This document shows, piece after piece, positions 1 to 9,144 of a DNA stretch of 64,000 bases. Source of the stretch: an uncultured delta proteobacterium (GTDB taxonomy: Bacteria > Desulfobacterota > Binatia > UBA9968); NCBI GenBank assembly GCA_963755715.1, contig CAVWLW010000033.1, positions 96,001-160,000 on the forward strand, read 5' to 3'. The notes under the pieces are model-generated. The model was not told where the DNA came from. It did no database searches and worked only from the letters and a program-made list of their open reading frames with translations. Both the position numbers and the translations under genes were made by a program. The first letter of the stretch is position 1. Each line of letters begins with the position of its first letter.

Positions 1-2
1 TT

Positions 3-137
3 GCCAAGCGCAACGGCGCGCTGCTCGCTATCATCAACCGCGAGCCCGGACCGCTCGATGATACCGCGGACTTCGTTCATCACGGCGCTATCGGCGAGTT
101 CTGCGCTAGGTTCGGTGAAATGATCGCGGACGGTTAA
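3..137 (+). CDS. C-terminal fragment of a Sir2/CobB family NAD-dependent deacylase (5' end outside window)
   Basis: Manual translation from nt 3: AKRNGALLAIINREPGPLDDTADFVHHGAIGEF...*, matching the sirtuin C-terminal pattern (A..xGA.l..IN.e.t..D..ad). Confidence 0.75.
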   Translation, partial: AKRNGALLAIINREPGPLDDTADFVHHGAIGEFCARFGEMIADG

Positions 138-138
138 A

Positions 139-260
139 TCGGAATATCTCCCGCAAAGCATGCCCTGAGCAAGGTCGAAGGGACGCAAAGGTCGCAAAGA
201 AGAGAATAGAATAAATTCCGAACTTGGCGTCCTTAGCGCCTTGGCGGGCGGAATATCCGA
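139..260. repeat. Intergenic palindromic element (CGCAAAG-type units facing CTTGGCG/CTTAGCG units) with a nested GCCCTGAGC-N3-GTCGAAGGG REP-like unit
   Basis: Left arm ccgcaaag...acgcaaag-gtcgcaaag (151-199); right arm cttggcg-tccttagcg-ccttggcggg (223-248); imperfect outer repeat tcggaatat/gaatatccga; insert at about 158-182. Confidence 0.7.
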
Positions 261-288
261 GTTCGATGCATGGCAACGGAGGTTCAAA

Positions 289-1293
289 ATGACCGATTGG
301 AGAATGATCGACGCGGATGGTCATATCCGCGAAGTTGAGAGCGACGTTTTCGAATACCTGCCGGAGCATTACAAAAACCGCCGCGAGGCGGTGCTGTATT
401 TTCCGCTGCTGCCGCATCACGGCTGGCACCGACAGGCGGGGCACGGCGGCATGGGCGCGTCCTTTCTCATTCCTACCCTGCAGGATTGGCAGCTGGCGCT
501 GGATCAAGGCAACATCGAGGCGGCGGTGGTTTATCCGACACGGTTTATGCACATCGGCCAAGTCGGCATGACGGAGTTCGCCGTCGATCTGAGCCGCGCC
601 TACAACGATTATCTCTACGACCGCTTTCTGCGCGATGAGAAGCGCTTGAAAGGGATTGCGGTGTTGCCGCTGCAAGATGTTCCCGCGGCGGTCACCGAGT
701 TGCGCCGCGCTGTGAAGGATTACGGCATGGTCGGCGGCGTGTTACCGGCTGACGGTCTGCCGAGGCCGTTAGGCCATCCCGAATTTCATCCCCTTTACGA
801 AGAAGCGGATCGCTTGGGTTGCATGCTCGCGGTGCATTCTCAGAACTCGCTCCGCAACAACGATCTTTTCATGTGGCGCGGTGAAGCGGCGACGCTGGCC
901 CACGTCTGGCCACAGATGCGCCAGTTCACCAACTTCATGTTTTCCGGCGTGCTGGGGAAATTTCCTGATCTGAAGATCGCTTTCTTGGAGGCAGGCTGCG
1001 GCTGGGTGCCCTATCTCATGAGCAAAATGGAAGGGCGCATGGGCGAGCTGCCGCGCCCATCGAAGCTCATTGAGCGCGGGCAAATCTATTTTCAGTGCGG
1101 CGAAGAGATGACAACCAGCCGAGATTTAGAATTGCTCGGCGATGAATGCCTATTCTGGGCGTCGGACTTTCCCCATGAAGGGATCGTCGATATGAGCAAG
1201 GCCGTGAATGAATTCTTGAGCCGCGAAGATATTCCGGAAGCGGCGAAGCGGAAAATCAGTTACGACAATCCGAAGAAGCTCTATCGGCTTTAA
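289..1293 (+). CDS. Amidohydrolase family protein (Amidohydro_2)
   Basis: IDADGH metal-binding motif, AVH, FLEAGCGW, WASDFPH. ATG 289 follows a GGAGG SD. Confidence 0.9.
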   Translation: MTDWRMIDADGHIREVESDVFEYLPEHYKNRREAVLYFPLLPHHGWHRQAGHGGMGASFLIPTLQDWQLALDQGNIEAAVVYPTRFMHIGQVGMTEFAVDLSRAYNDYLYDRFLRDEKRLKGIAVLPLQDVPAAVTELRRAVKDYGMVGGVLPADGLPRPLGHPEFHPLYEEADRLGCMLAVHSQNSLRNNDLFMWRGEAATLAHVWPQMRQFTNFMFSGVLGKFPDLKIAFLEAGCGWVPYLMSKMEGRMGELPRPSKLIERGQIYFQCGEEMTTSRDLELLGDECLFWASDFPHEGIVDMSKAVNEFLSREDIPEAAKRKISYDNPKKLYRL

Positions 1294-1302
1294 GACTGGC
1301 TA

Positions 1303-1374
1303 GTTCAAAACGTTCAAGTCGTCAAAGAAATACGGATCGGATTGAACGACTGGAACGTTTTGAACGGTTTGAAC
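1303..1374. repeat. Inverted array of 9-nt GTTCAAnnC units (intergenic hairpin between convergent genes)
   Basis: gttcaaaac gttcaagtc gtcaa ... ttgaacgac tggaacgtt ttgaacggt ttgaac. Confidence 0.75.
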
Positions 1375-1387
1375 CAGGACTTATCTA

Positions 1388-1777
1388 TCAGCCGTCGCTG
1401 ACTTCCGCCGGAGCTTGTTGGCGAATGTCTTTACGCGTGACGTAATCGATGATCTGGATCTTTTCCGCCGGGCCGGAGCGGTTGCCCATCATGATCATCG
1501 GACCGTCGCCGGTGTTTTCCAAGGTATAAAACGAACCGCCGGTGATCAGCGCGGCCTGACCGGGCGTAAGGCGCACTTTACCGCCGTCAGGAAAGCTCAT
1601 CGTGCATTCGCCGTCGAGAACGACGAACGTCTGATCCGCGTTGTGGCAGTGCATGGCGTCTTTCTGCCCCGGCTGATAGTAGTGCATCCAAGCATGGAAG
1701 CGCGGCGTATTAAAGATGTTCTTACGCCGTTTTTCCTTGTGCGCCATATCGACGAGATCGACGACTTCGATACCCAT
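1388..1777 (-). CDS. Cupin domain protein
   Basis: HCHNADQTFVVLDGE cupin motif 1; PGQAALI...YTLENTG motif 2; GAGG SD. Confidence 0.85.
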   Translation of the reverse strand: MGIEVVDLVDMAHKEKRRKNIFNTPRFHAWMHYYQPGQKDAMHCHNADQTFVVLDGECTMSFPDGGKVRLTPGQAALITGGSFYTLENTGDGPMIMMGNRSGPAEKIQIIDYVTRKDIRQQAPAEVSDG

Positions 1778-1802
1778 GGAAAATTCCTCCTGACTATTTT
1801 TT

Positions 1803-2183
1803 CTACAAAACTGCGATCACTTCGATCTGAAACAAGTTATCGCCGCGCAGTTCGACTTTTGTCGCGTGGCGCGCGGGGCGGTCGTGCTCGTCCGGGAACA
1901 TCTTGAGCCAGGCTTTGTTGACCGAGTCACGGAGCTTTTCTTCTTTCAGATACACTTTCATGTAGGCGATATTATCGGGCGTGCCGCCGGCGCCTTCCAT
2001 GAACAGGCGTAAATTACGAAACATCGCTTCGGCCTGCTCGTCGGGATTGGGCGATAACACGCCGGTTTTGGCGTCCTTGCCGGAGATCGCCGAAGAAAAA
2101 ATCATGTTGCCGATCACCACGCCGTTGGGAATCGGCGCGCCGTGTTCCATGCCTTTGATATGGATACTTTTTCTTTTAGCCAT
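1803..2183 (-). CDS. RidA/YjgF/UK114 family protein
   Basis: 126 aa; VNKAW..MFP...RPAR and FQIEVIA motifs. Confidence 0.9.
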   Translation of the reverse strand: MAKRKSIHIKGMEHGAPIPNGVVIGNMIFSSAISGKDAKTGVLSPNPDEQAEAMFRNLRLFMEGAGGTPDNIAYMKVYLKEEKLRDSVNKAWLKMFPDEHDRPARHATKVELRGDNLFQIEVIAVL

Positions 2184-2281
2184 GAGATTTCTCCTCAGTT
2201 TTCTTACGCGCTGAGGTTTTCATATCATGAGGCGCAAACCCCAGTCTACCCCGGCAAGCGGGTGAGTGTAGTTCCGCTATT

Positions 2282-3052
2282 TCAACTGTCCGGCGCGGTC
2301 AGGAAGCCGGTCACAGTTTGGTAAAACTCGTCGTCGGCGTCGATGTGGACCCAATGGCCGGCGCGCGCGATCGTTTCGATTTTGGCCTGCGGGAAAGCTT
2401 TGCGGATAAGCGCGCTATCTTGATCGGTGACAAAGTTTGATCGGCCGGCGCGGATAAAACAGGCGGACTTAGTAAACGGCCGCTCGATGACGACTGCTTG
2501 GGTCAGCGCGTCGTAGTTTTGCATGATTGCGTCGAGCGCGATGCGCCAACGAAAGCCGCGATCGTCCCGAGTTAGATTTTTCATGAGGAATTGCCGGACC
2601 TCCGCTTCGGGAATTGGCCCACTCAGGGCCGCGTCGATGTCGGAAAAATTTTTCGCGGCGCGTAAATCAACCGCGCGCAGCGCCGCGAGCAGGGATTGGT
2701 GCGTCGGCGGATAGGCTTTGGGCGCGATGTCGACGACGACGAGCTTGTCGACCCTCTCCGGGTACTGGCCGGCAAACTGCATCGCGACTTTGCCGCCCAT
2801 CGAGTGGCCGAGGAGAAACACTTGCGCCAAGCTTTGCTCCTCGACAAACTCACGGAGATCTGCCGCCATGATTGGGTAATCCATCGCGTCACTATGCGGT
2901 GATTGACCATGATTGCGCAGATCTAGACAGTAAACGGTGAAGTGGCTCGACAAGCGCCTGCTCATGGAACGCCAATTATCCGACGAGCCGAGGAACCCGT
3001 GCAAAATGACTAGCGGCCTTCCGTGGCCCTGCACTTGAAAGTTTAGGCGCAT
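2282..3052 (-). CDS. Alpha/beta hydrolase, YbfF-like esterase
   Basis: HGFLGS..NW, DLRNHG.S, GHSMGGK nucleophile elbow, DIAP, AGHWVH. Confidence 0.9.
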   Translation of the reverse strand: MRLNFQVQGHGRPLVILHGFLGSSDNWRSMSRRLSSHFTVYCLDLRNHGQSPHSDAMDYPIMAADLREFVEEQSLAQVFLLGHSMGGKVAMQFAGQYPERVDKLVVVDIAPKAYPPTHQSLLAALRAVDLRAAKNFSDIDAALSGPIPEAEVRQFLMKNLTRDDRGFRWRIALDAIMQNYDALTQAVVIERPFTKSACFIRAGRSNFVTDQDSALIRKAFPQAKIETIARAGHWVHIDADDEFYQTVTGFLTAPDS

Positions 3053-3204
3053 AATCGATCTGGCTCGCAACCTGTCCAGAATCCTCGCGCTCGAACCGAA
3101 TGGTTCGTATGCGCAATTTCACTGAGTTGTACTGAGATTTTTCTGAAGGAAAACGAACGCTGGGTCAAGGGATCGATGCAGGTGTGGCAATTCGCGCTGG
3201 CTGA

Positions 3205-4725
3205 TCAGTTCTGGCCGGCGACACGCGGCACATCCCGGCGAATGAAACCCGGCGGCCGCCCGTGTTTCGAGTGGATTTCTAACCAGCCGTCACGGCTGTT
3301 GACGACGCTGACTTTCATCCCAGGTTCGATATCGCCGATCCGCGGCGAGAACTCGGTCGGCGCCGCATAAATCCGGCTGGTGCGGGTAATTTCGTAGATT
3401 GCCGCCACTCTCGCTTCTGGCTTCACCGGCGGCATGGCACTTTCGCTTTCGCTATTTTGCCTAGTGGCGGGCTTTACGATTTCCTAGGCGACATCCGGCG
3501 CTACCCGCCGACCACTGGTTGAGCCCTCCCGGCGGGCGGTTCCTTGGACGGCTCCAGGCCAGGCTCGATTTGCTTTTGCGTGCGGCAGTGACGGTGGGAA
3601 TCACCGGTGTAGTGGAGTGCGACTCAAAGGTACCATCCGCCGAATGCCCCAGTGGCCGCTAACAAAAGCAGCACCGGAAAAATGCCAAAGCGCCGCGCTT
3701 TTTTTGGTTCTGCTTCCGCCCCCGTGGCCGTTTGCTCGGGCTGTTCAAGCCGAGTCGAGCTCTCTCGCGCCGTCGACGAACTCGGAGCATCAGACAAGCC
3801 GGCCGTGGCGGTGGCGTGGGACGGTGCGCCCATCAACCGAGCGAGAGACGATAAATCCTGCTGAAGCTCGCGCTGCATTTCCGCCAGCGATGCATGTTTG
3901 GAAAGTAACTCGTTGTAGGGTTTTTGCAGCGCCGCGAGCTGCTCGCGGTTGGCGTCGGCTTCCGCGATGCGCGCCTGCCAGCGCGCTGCTTCTTGTTCGT
4001 GGTGCTGGATTTCCTCGCGCAGGCTTTTTTGAGCTCTGTTCGGATTCGGCCATGTGAGCGCGCAGCGTTTCGAGTTCCTGAAGCTTTTCCCGACCGGCCG
4101 AAATTTCTCGCTCCAGCTCGGCGACGCGCGCGCCAAGACTTTGTCGCTCCTCCCGATGTCGCGCCTCGAGTGCGTCGATATCGACTTGGTTTTGCCGGGC
4201 GTTTTCCAGCTCGCGAATCTTCGCCTGGCTGTCGTTGAGCTGTTCTCTTAACGCGCCGACTTCGGCGTGTGTCCGAGCGATCTCTTGTTGACTGGAATCG
4301 TGCTGGATTTCTGCCGAGCCTTGCAGTTGCGCTTCGCTGGCGTGCAGTTGGGCGCGCACCTCGTTCAATTCCATTTTCAATTGTTCATTGGCCGCGCGCA
4401 ACTGTTGTGGTTCTCCCTGATCACTGGCGTGGCTTCGCTGGGTTAGCTCCAGCTCTTCGACGGTTCGACGGCTCGTTTCCAGTTTGTTGGTGAGACCACG
4501 AATTTGATTCTGCAGATCCTGGTTGGCAGCTCGCAATTCCGCTAACGCTGCGGAATTATCCGGTGCCGGCGCATTTCCCTGCTGCATGTTTTCAAGCTTC
4601 GTGACCAATTCTTCGACTTCACGCCGCCTAGTTTTTAGCTCTCTTTCGGACGTGAACAAAACAGCGCCTAGTAAAGCGATAGCCACTCCAGCAGACATCA
4701 CGATCCAGACAAACAGACTTTCCAT
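3205..4725 (-). CDS. Membrane-anchored coiled-coil protein with a second TM helix and C-terminal SH3-like domain (split by frameshifts)
   Basis: Fragments 3790-4725 (N-terminal TM plus heptad-rich coil), 3624-4136 (coil plus hydrophobic RRFGIFPVLLLLAATG), 3205-3435 (SH3b-like: IYAAP...IEPGMKVSVV..RDGWLEI). GGAG SD before 4725. Confidence 0.6.
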
Positions 4726-4777
4726 CGTGCTCTCCTAATCTTTATCTTTAGTGGACAAGGTGAAGGTTCACCTCGTC

Positions 4778-4792
4778 GCCAAATATATGCCA
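4778..4792 (-). promoter_or_regulatory. Possible sigma54 (-24/-12) promoter for the coiled-coil/SH3 gene
   Basis: Minus strand TGGCATATATTTGGC has GG and GC at consensus spacing, about 50 nt upstream of the ATG, next to an AT-rich intergenic tract. The -12 element deviates (TGGC instead of TTGC). Confidence 0.35.
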
Positions 4793-5031
4793 AGTAACAA
4801 GATGCTCTCTGGGTTGCCTAAATTGCTTATATAGCGATTGTTTTTGACTTGGAAGGGAAATAATTTACCGCCCTGACAAAACTAATTATGAACAAATTCG
4901 TGATTCTCGACTAATTTTGTAAATCCCTAACCCGCAAAGGTTTTCTGGTCATTTTAAGGGTCTTAGTGAGAGCGCCAGCGCGCTGGCACTGCTGCGCCAC
5001 ATGAGATATGCAAAAAGACTAACTTCGCTAC

Positions 5032-6447
5032 ATGACCCGTACGATTCCATCCACGGCTCCTGCCGTCTCACGTTCTGAAGAGCGCGCCATACTGACGGTG
5101 ACTTGTTCGGCTGCATTTCTTTTTTTCAACAGCTTCGGCAGCATCGGTGTTGCTTTGCCGGCGATACAAAAACAGTTCGGCAATAGTTTGTCGGAGATTC
5201 AGTGGGTCACCTTGATGGGCGTGGTGACGATATCGAGTTTATCGTTTTGCTTTGGCCGTGCCGGTGAGATACTTGGACAACGCCGGCTTTATAAGATCGG
5301 CGTGGTGCTTTACGCCGCGGGCGCGGGGTTGGGTGCCATCTCGACTTCATTCCCCGAGCTCTTACTGGCCCGCGCGGTTATGGCCGTCGGGCTTGCGATG
5401 GCCTTGCCGATGTCGACGGCGATTCTAGCGGCGAGCTTCGGCGCCCAGCGGCGTGGCCAAGTTCTTGGTTTGTTCGCTTCGGCGATCGCAGTCGGCCGGA
5501 TGACCGGTCCTACCATCGGCGGTTTGCTTCTGCACGTGGGCGGTTGGCCGTGGATTTTCTGGATGAATTGTATCATCGGTCTGGCGGTAACGGCGGCGGT
5601 GATAAAAATCTTTCGCGGCCCAGGCGAGCGCCGCCGCGAACCCTTCGATTTCCGCGGCGCCTTAGCCTTGCTGATCGGTTATCCCGCGCTTTTGCTGGGT
5701 CTTACCTTCGCCGCCAATCACGGCTGGACATCGCGCTTCGTCGTCGGCTGGTTCGCCGTCGCCGGGATCGCGCTCGCCAGTTTTTTTTGGCTCGAGCTGC
5801 ATACGACCAAGCCGCTCGTCGACGTGGCGATCTTCAGGCGCAAGATGCTCGCAGCGGCATTGCTCGCGGTCGCTCTGAGCAACATGATTCATTATCCGAT
5901 CGCGCTCTGCGCGCCGCTGTATCTGCAAAACGTGCTCGGTTCGTCGGCCGTGGCGGCCGGACTGATGCTCGCGGCCTTGCCGCTCTCGACGGCGCTGGCT
6001 TCGCCGCTTGCCGGTCGACTGGCCGATCGCTTCAATGCGGCGACGATGGCGAGCATCGGTCTGCTTATAATCGTGGTCGGGATCGCTTGCTATTCTCGGC
6101 TCAAAACAGATTCCGACTATCGTCTGGTCCTCGCGGCACTGATCTGCGTCGGCGCCGGGATCGGTATCTTTACGCCGGCCAATCAAACCGTTGCCTTCGC
6201 CGCAGTCAGACAAGAGGATTATGGCGTGCTAGCGGCCATGCTCAGTTCCTTCGGCACCGCTGCTGGCACGATCGGCACGACGATTGCCGTGGCTTTGATG
6301 GAAATCGACGGCGGACAAAAGCTCTGGACTGAACCTGGCACATTTGCCGGCGCGCAACAATTTGCGTTTGCTTGCCTGCTGCCGATTGGGATAGTAGCTT
6401 TGATCGTCGCCGACAAAAGCCGGCGCGAAAAACAATCGGCCGCGTAA
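5032..6447 (+). CDS. MFS transporter, DHA2 (EmrB/QacA-like, ~14 TM)
   Basis: VALPAIQ motif D1, GRAGEILGQRR motif A, GPTIGG motif C, WIFWMN, duplicated GRLADRF. Confidence 0.9.
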   Translation: MTRTIPSTAPAVSRSEERAILTVTCSAAFLFFNSFGSIGVALPAIQKQFGNSLSEIQWVTLMGVVTISSLSFCFGRAGEILGQRRLYKIGVVLYAAGAGLGAISTSFPELLLARAVMAVGLAMALPMSTAILAASFGAQRRGQVLGLFASAIAVGRMTGPTIGGLLLHVGGWPWIFWMNCIIGLAVTAAVIKIFRGPGERRREPFDFRGALALLIGYPALLLGLTFAANHGWTSRFVVGWFAVAGIALASFFWLELHTTKPLVDVAIFRRKMLAAALLAVALSNMIHYPIALCAPLYLQNVLGSSAVAAGLMLAALPLSTALASPLAGRLADRFNAATMASIGLLIIVVGIACYSRLKTDSDYRLVLAALICVGAGIGIFTPANQTVAFAAVRQEDYGVLAAMLSSFGTAAGTIGTTIAVALMEIDGGQKLWTEPGTFAGAQQFAFACLLPIGIVALIVADKSRREKQSAA

Positions 6448-6484
6448 CAAGACTCGATCGCTAAATTCGACTAGAGGAATAGAA

Positions 6485-7456
6485 ATGGTCATCGATTTTC
6501 AGCATCACTACATTCCGGTGGAATTGGCCAAAAAGCGCGGGCTCTACTCGGCGACGGGCAAAACTATGTTGCAAGAGGGCGGACTGCCTGCGACCACCAT
6601 GCATCAGCGGCTCTATGACTTGGATTTACAATTGGACGACATGGCTCAAGCCGGCGTCGATCTATCCGTGCTTTCATGTCTGCTCGGCTGGTCGGCGCCG
6701 CTCGAGGAGTGCCGGTTTATCAACGATGACCTGGCGGCGATTCAGAAAAAATATCCGCGGCGCTTCGTCGGCTTGGCGCAAGCGCCGATCCTGGACGGTC
6801 AAGCAGCGCTGGCTGAATTGCGCCGGGCCATTAATGATCTAGGCCTGCGCGGCATGACGATTACTTCCCAAGTTAACGGCTTGTCGCTCGACTCGCCCAA
6901 GCTTTATGATTTTTATGAAACCGCTTGCGCGCTCGATGTGGTGGTTTTTGTTCATCCCGCTCTGGTGCCGACTGGTTATGAGCATCTAAAAGATTACGAT
7001 TTGCCGCGCGTGCTCGGCCGCGAGGTCGACCTCACGGTGGCAACGACGCGACTGATCGCCGGCGGTATTTTCGATCGTTTCCCAAATCTTAAGATCGTTA
7101 TCGCTCATTTCGGCGGCGGCATCGCCGCCGTCAAAGATCGATTGATTGGTAAGGGTTACCGTTTCGGCACGCTGCAAAAACCATTCGCCGACTATTACGA
7201 TAGCATCTATTTCGATATGGCAGGCTTCGAGGGCGGCGTTGTCGCGCTCAATTGCGCGCTTCAAGGGATTCGGCCGGAACGCTTGGTCTTTGCCAGTGAT
7301 TATCCGCAGGATTTCACCGGGGTCAACACGGACACCGGCAAAGGCATGAGCGAATTGAAAAATTATATCGATGCTGTACGCCGGCTGCCGCTCGACGGGG
7401 CGAGCCATGAAAAGATCCTGGGCGGCACCGCGGCGGAGTTATTGAAGCTCGGTTAG
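6485..7456 (+). CDS. Amidohydrolase family protein (ACMSD-like decarboxylase/hydratase)
   Basis: IDFQHH, VFVHP, AHFGGG, FASDYP motifs. Confidence 0.9.
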   Translation: MVIDFQHHYIPVELAKKRGLYSATGKTMLQEGGLPATTMHQRLYDLDLQLDDMAQAGVDLSVLSCLLGWSAPLEECRFINDDLAAIQKKYPRRFVGLAQAPILDGQAALAELRRAINDLGLRGMTITSQVNGLSLDSPKLYDFYETACALDVVVFVHPALVPTGYEHLKDYDLPRVLGREVDLTVATTRLIAGGIFDRFPNLKIVIAHFGGGIAAVKDRLIGKGYRFGTLQKPFADYYDSIYFDMAGFEGGVVALNCALQGIRPERLVFASDYPQDFTGVNTDTGKGMSELKNYIDAVRRLPLDGASHEKILGGTAAELLKLG

Positions 7457-7523
7457 TTCTGCTTACTCCGATGAGAGTTGCCTCTACGGCATTTCGCCAA
7501 CCAGAAAAATTGCCAGTCTTGTT

Positions 7524-8081
7524 TTACCGTTCGACGGCGGGTTTGGCTAAATTGGCTTCCACATAGCCCGGCTTGTTGCCGCGCTTGGACTCCACCTTGA
7601 GCCAACCCTTGTCTTCTTCGACCACGTTGAGCTTGGTTCCCTTACCGATGTTCGCGACAACGGGATAATGTAACCCCGGGCCGCTCCGCACCTGAGTATC
7701 CATGACGGCCTCGTATCGTCCTTCGAGCGGAGGAGTGGGACTGGCGGTTTCTTTTGTTTCACCGACCGCGGGCTTTACGGATGCCATTTCGATAAAGCCG
7801 GGGGCGTTGCCTTTCTTGGAAACGATCAGCACCCATTCGCCGTCTCTGCCGACGACATTGACCTTGGCGTCGCGACTGATGTCGGCAATGGCGCGAAAGC
7901 GCGGCCCTGGCCCGGCGCGGACCTTGGTATTTTCGGTCGTTACATAGAGACGAGTTTGCTCGTTGAGATCGGGTAGGTCTTTGAGCTCCGGGGTTTTTTC
8001 TTTGTTCCCGCAGGCGTAAACGCCGAGCGATATCGCTGCGACAAGCAACCAAGCTGGTACCCTAAACATGTAACGGTACAT
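7524..8081 (-). CDS. Lipoprotein with two SH3b domains
   Basis: Signal peptide with lipobox VYAC; two repeats VRAGPG/VRSGPG...W...SK.GN.PGF/Y; GGAGG SD before ATG 8081. Confidence 0.8.
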   Translation of the reverse strand: MYRYMFRVPAWLLVAAISLGVYACGNKEKTPELKDLPDLNEQTRLYVTTENTKVRAGPGPRFRAIADISRDAKVNVVGRDGEWVLIVSKKGNAPGFIEMASVKPAVGETKETASPTPPLEGRYEAVMDTQVRSGPGLHYPVVANIGKGTKLNVVEEDKGWLKVESKRGNKPGYVEANLAKPAVER

Positions 8082-8134
8082 TTGCGGCCTCCGAGGCGTT
8101 ACTATTTTGCTGAGTATAGCATGTTTGCGGCCGC

Positions 8135-8555
8135 TCAATGAATTTCTTTCCAAACTTTGGCCAGGCTCTCACCGTGGACGCTTAAATCCCATTCGCAGAA
8201 GTAACCGAAGGGCGTGATCCAAACTTGATAGCCAGTCTCGCGCAGCCGGTCGGCGAGCGTTACGATCAGCGTTTGAGCAAAACCAGATTCGGCGGTGTCA
8301 CCGCCAAGATGGGTGAAAGAATGCAAAACGATATTTTTGCAGGCGCGCTTATTGGCGAGCCATTTGACATGTTTTAAAGACTGGCGCAAGACGGCGCTCG
8401 CGCGATCTTGCGCGGCATCGGATGCTTCGGCGTGCACGAAACACGACCACGGTCTCGGAAACTTCCTGGTCGATATCCTGGTCGAGGACTTCGGGCAAGG
8501 TTTTGGAATGGGTTTTCCAGCGGAAACGTTTTGCTTGAAAGCAAAGCAGTTTCAT
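8135..8555 (-). CDS. Free-standing archaeal-type threonyl-tRNA synthetase editing domain (one frameshift near 8440)
   Basis: Joined translation MKLLCFQAKRF...VVF-HAE.SD...IVLHSFTHL...TPFGYFCEWDLSVHGESLAKVWKEI matches the archaeal ThrRS N-terminal editing domain pattern (YP.AHL; APFGYYK.F.I...GHPLAE). Confidence 0.75.
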
Positions 8556-8565
8556 CGCATCCGTT

Positions 8566-9144
8566 TCAATAATGGTCTAAGAAGTTTTTGAGCAGCTTTT
8601 TGCCTTCTTGGTTGAGGATCGATTCGGGATGAAACTGCACGCCTTCGACCGGGTAATTCTTGTGCCGCACCGCCATGATGATGTCGCCGGCGGCGCGCGC
8701 GCTGACCGTTAGCTCGGCAGGGAGGCTGTTCGGGTCGATCACCAAAGAATGATAGCGCATGGCGGCAAAGGGATTTTTCACTTGGCGAAAGATCGTCTGC
8801 GAATCGTGGCTCACATCCGACAATTTGCCGTGCATGATCGACGGCGCGCGCACGATCGCGCCGCCGTAAGCCGCGCCGATCGCCTGGTGCCCCAGGCAAA
8901 CGCCGAGAATGGGAATCCGCGCGCCAAAGCGCGTGATGGTGGCGCAGGAAATGCCCGCTTCCTTGGGCGTGCACGGGCCGGGCGAGATCACGATCTTTTC
9001 CGGTTGGAGTGCCTCGATCTCGTCCAACGTGATTTTGTTATTGCGAAATACTTTCACGTCGGCGCCGAGCTCGCCCAGATAGTGGTACAAGTTGTAGGTG
9101 AAAGAATCGTAATTGTCGATCAGGAGAATCATCGTTTTCTCCAC
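8566..9144 (-). CDS. trpG: Anthranilate synthase component II (glutamine amidotransferase)
   Basis: LIDNYDSFTYNL, ISPGPC, GVCLGHQ, RYHSL, GVQFHPES. Overlaps the 3' end of trpE. Confidence 0.92.
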   Translation of the reverse strand: MEKTMILLIDNYDSFTYNLYHYLGELGADVKVFRNNKITLDEIEALQPEKIVISPGPCTPKEAGISCATITRFGARIPILGVCLGHQAIGAAYGGAIVRAPSIMHGKLSDVSHDSQTIFRQVKNPFAAMRYHSLVIDPNSLPAELTVSARAAGDIIMAVRHKNYPVEGVQFHPESILNQEGKKLLKNFLDHY

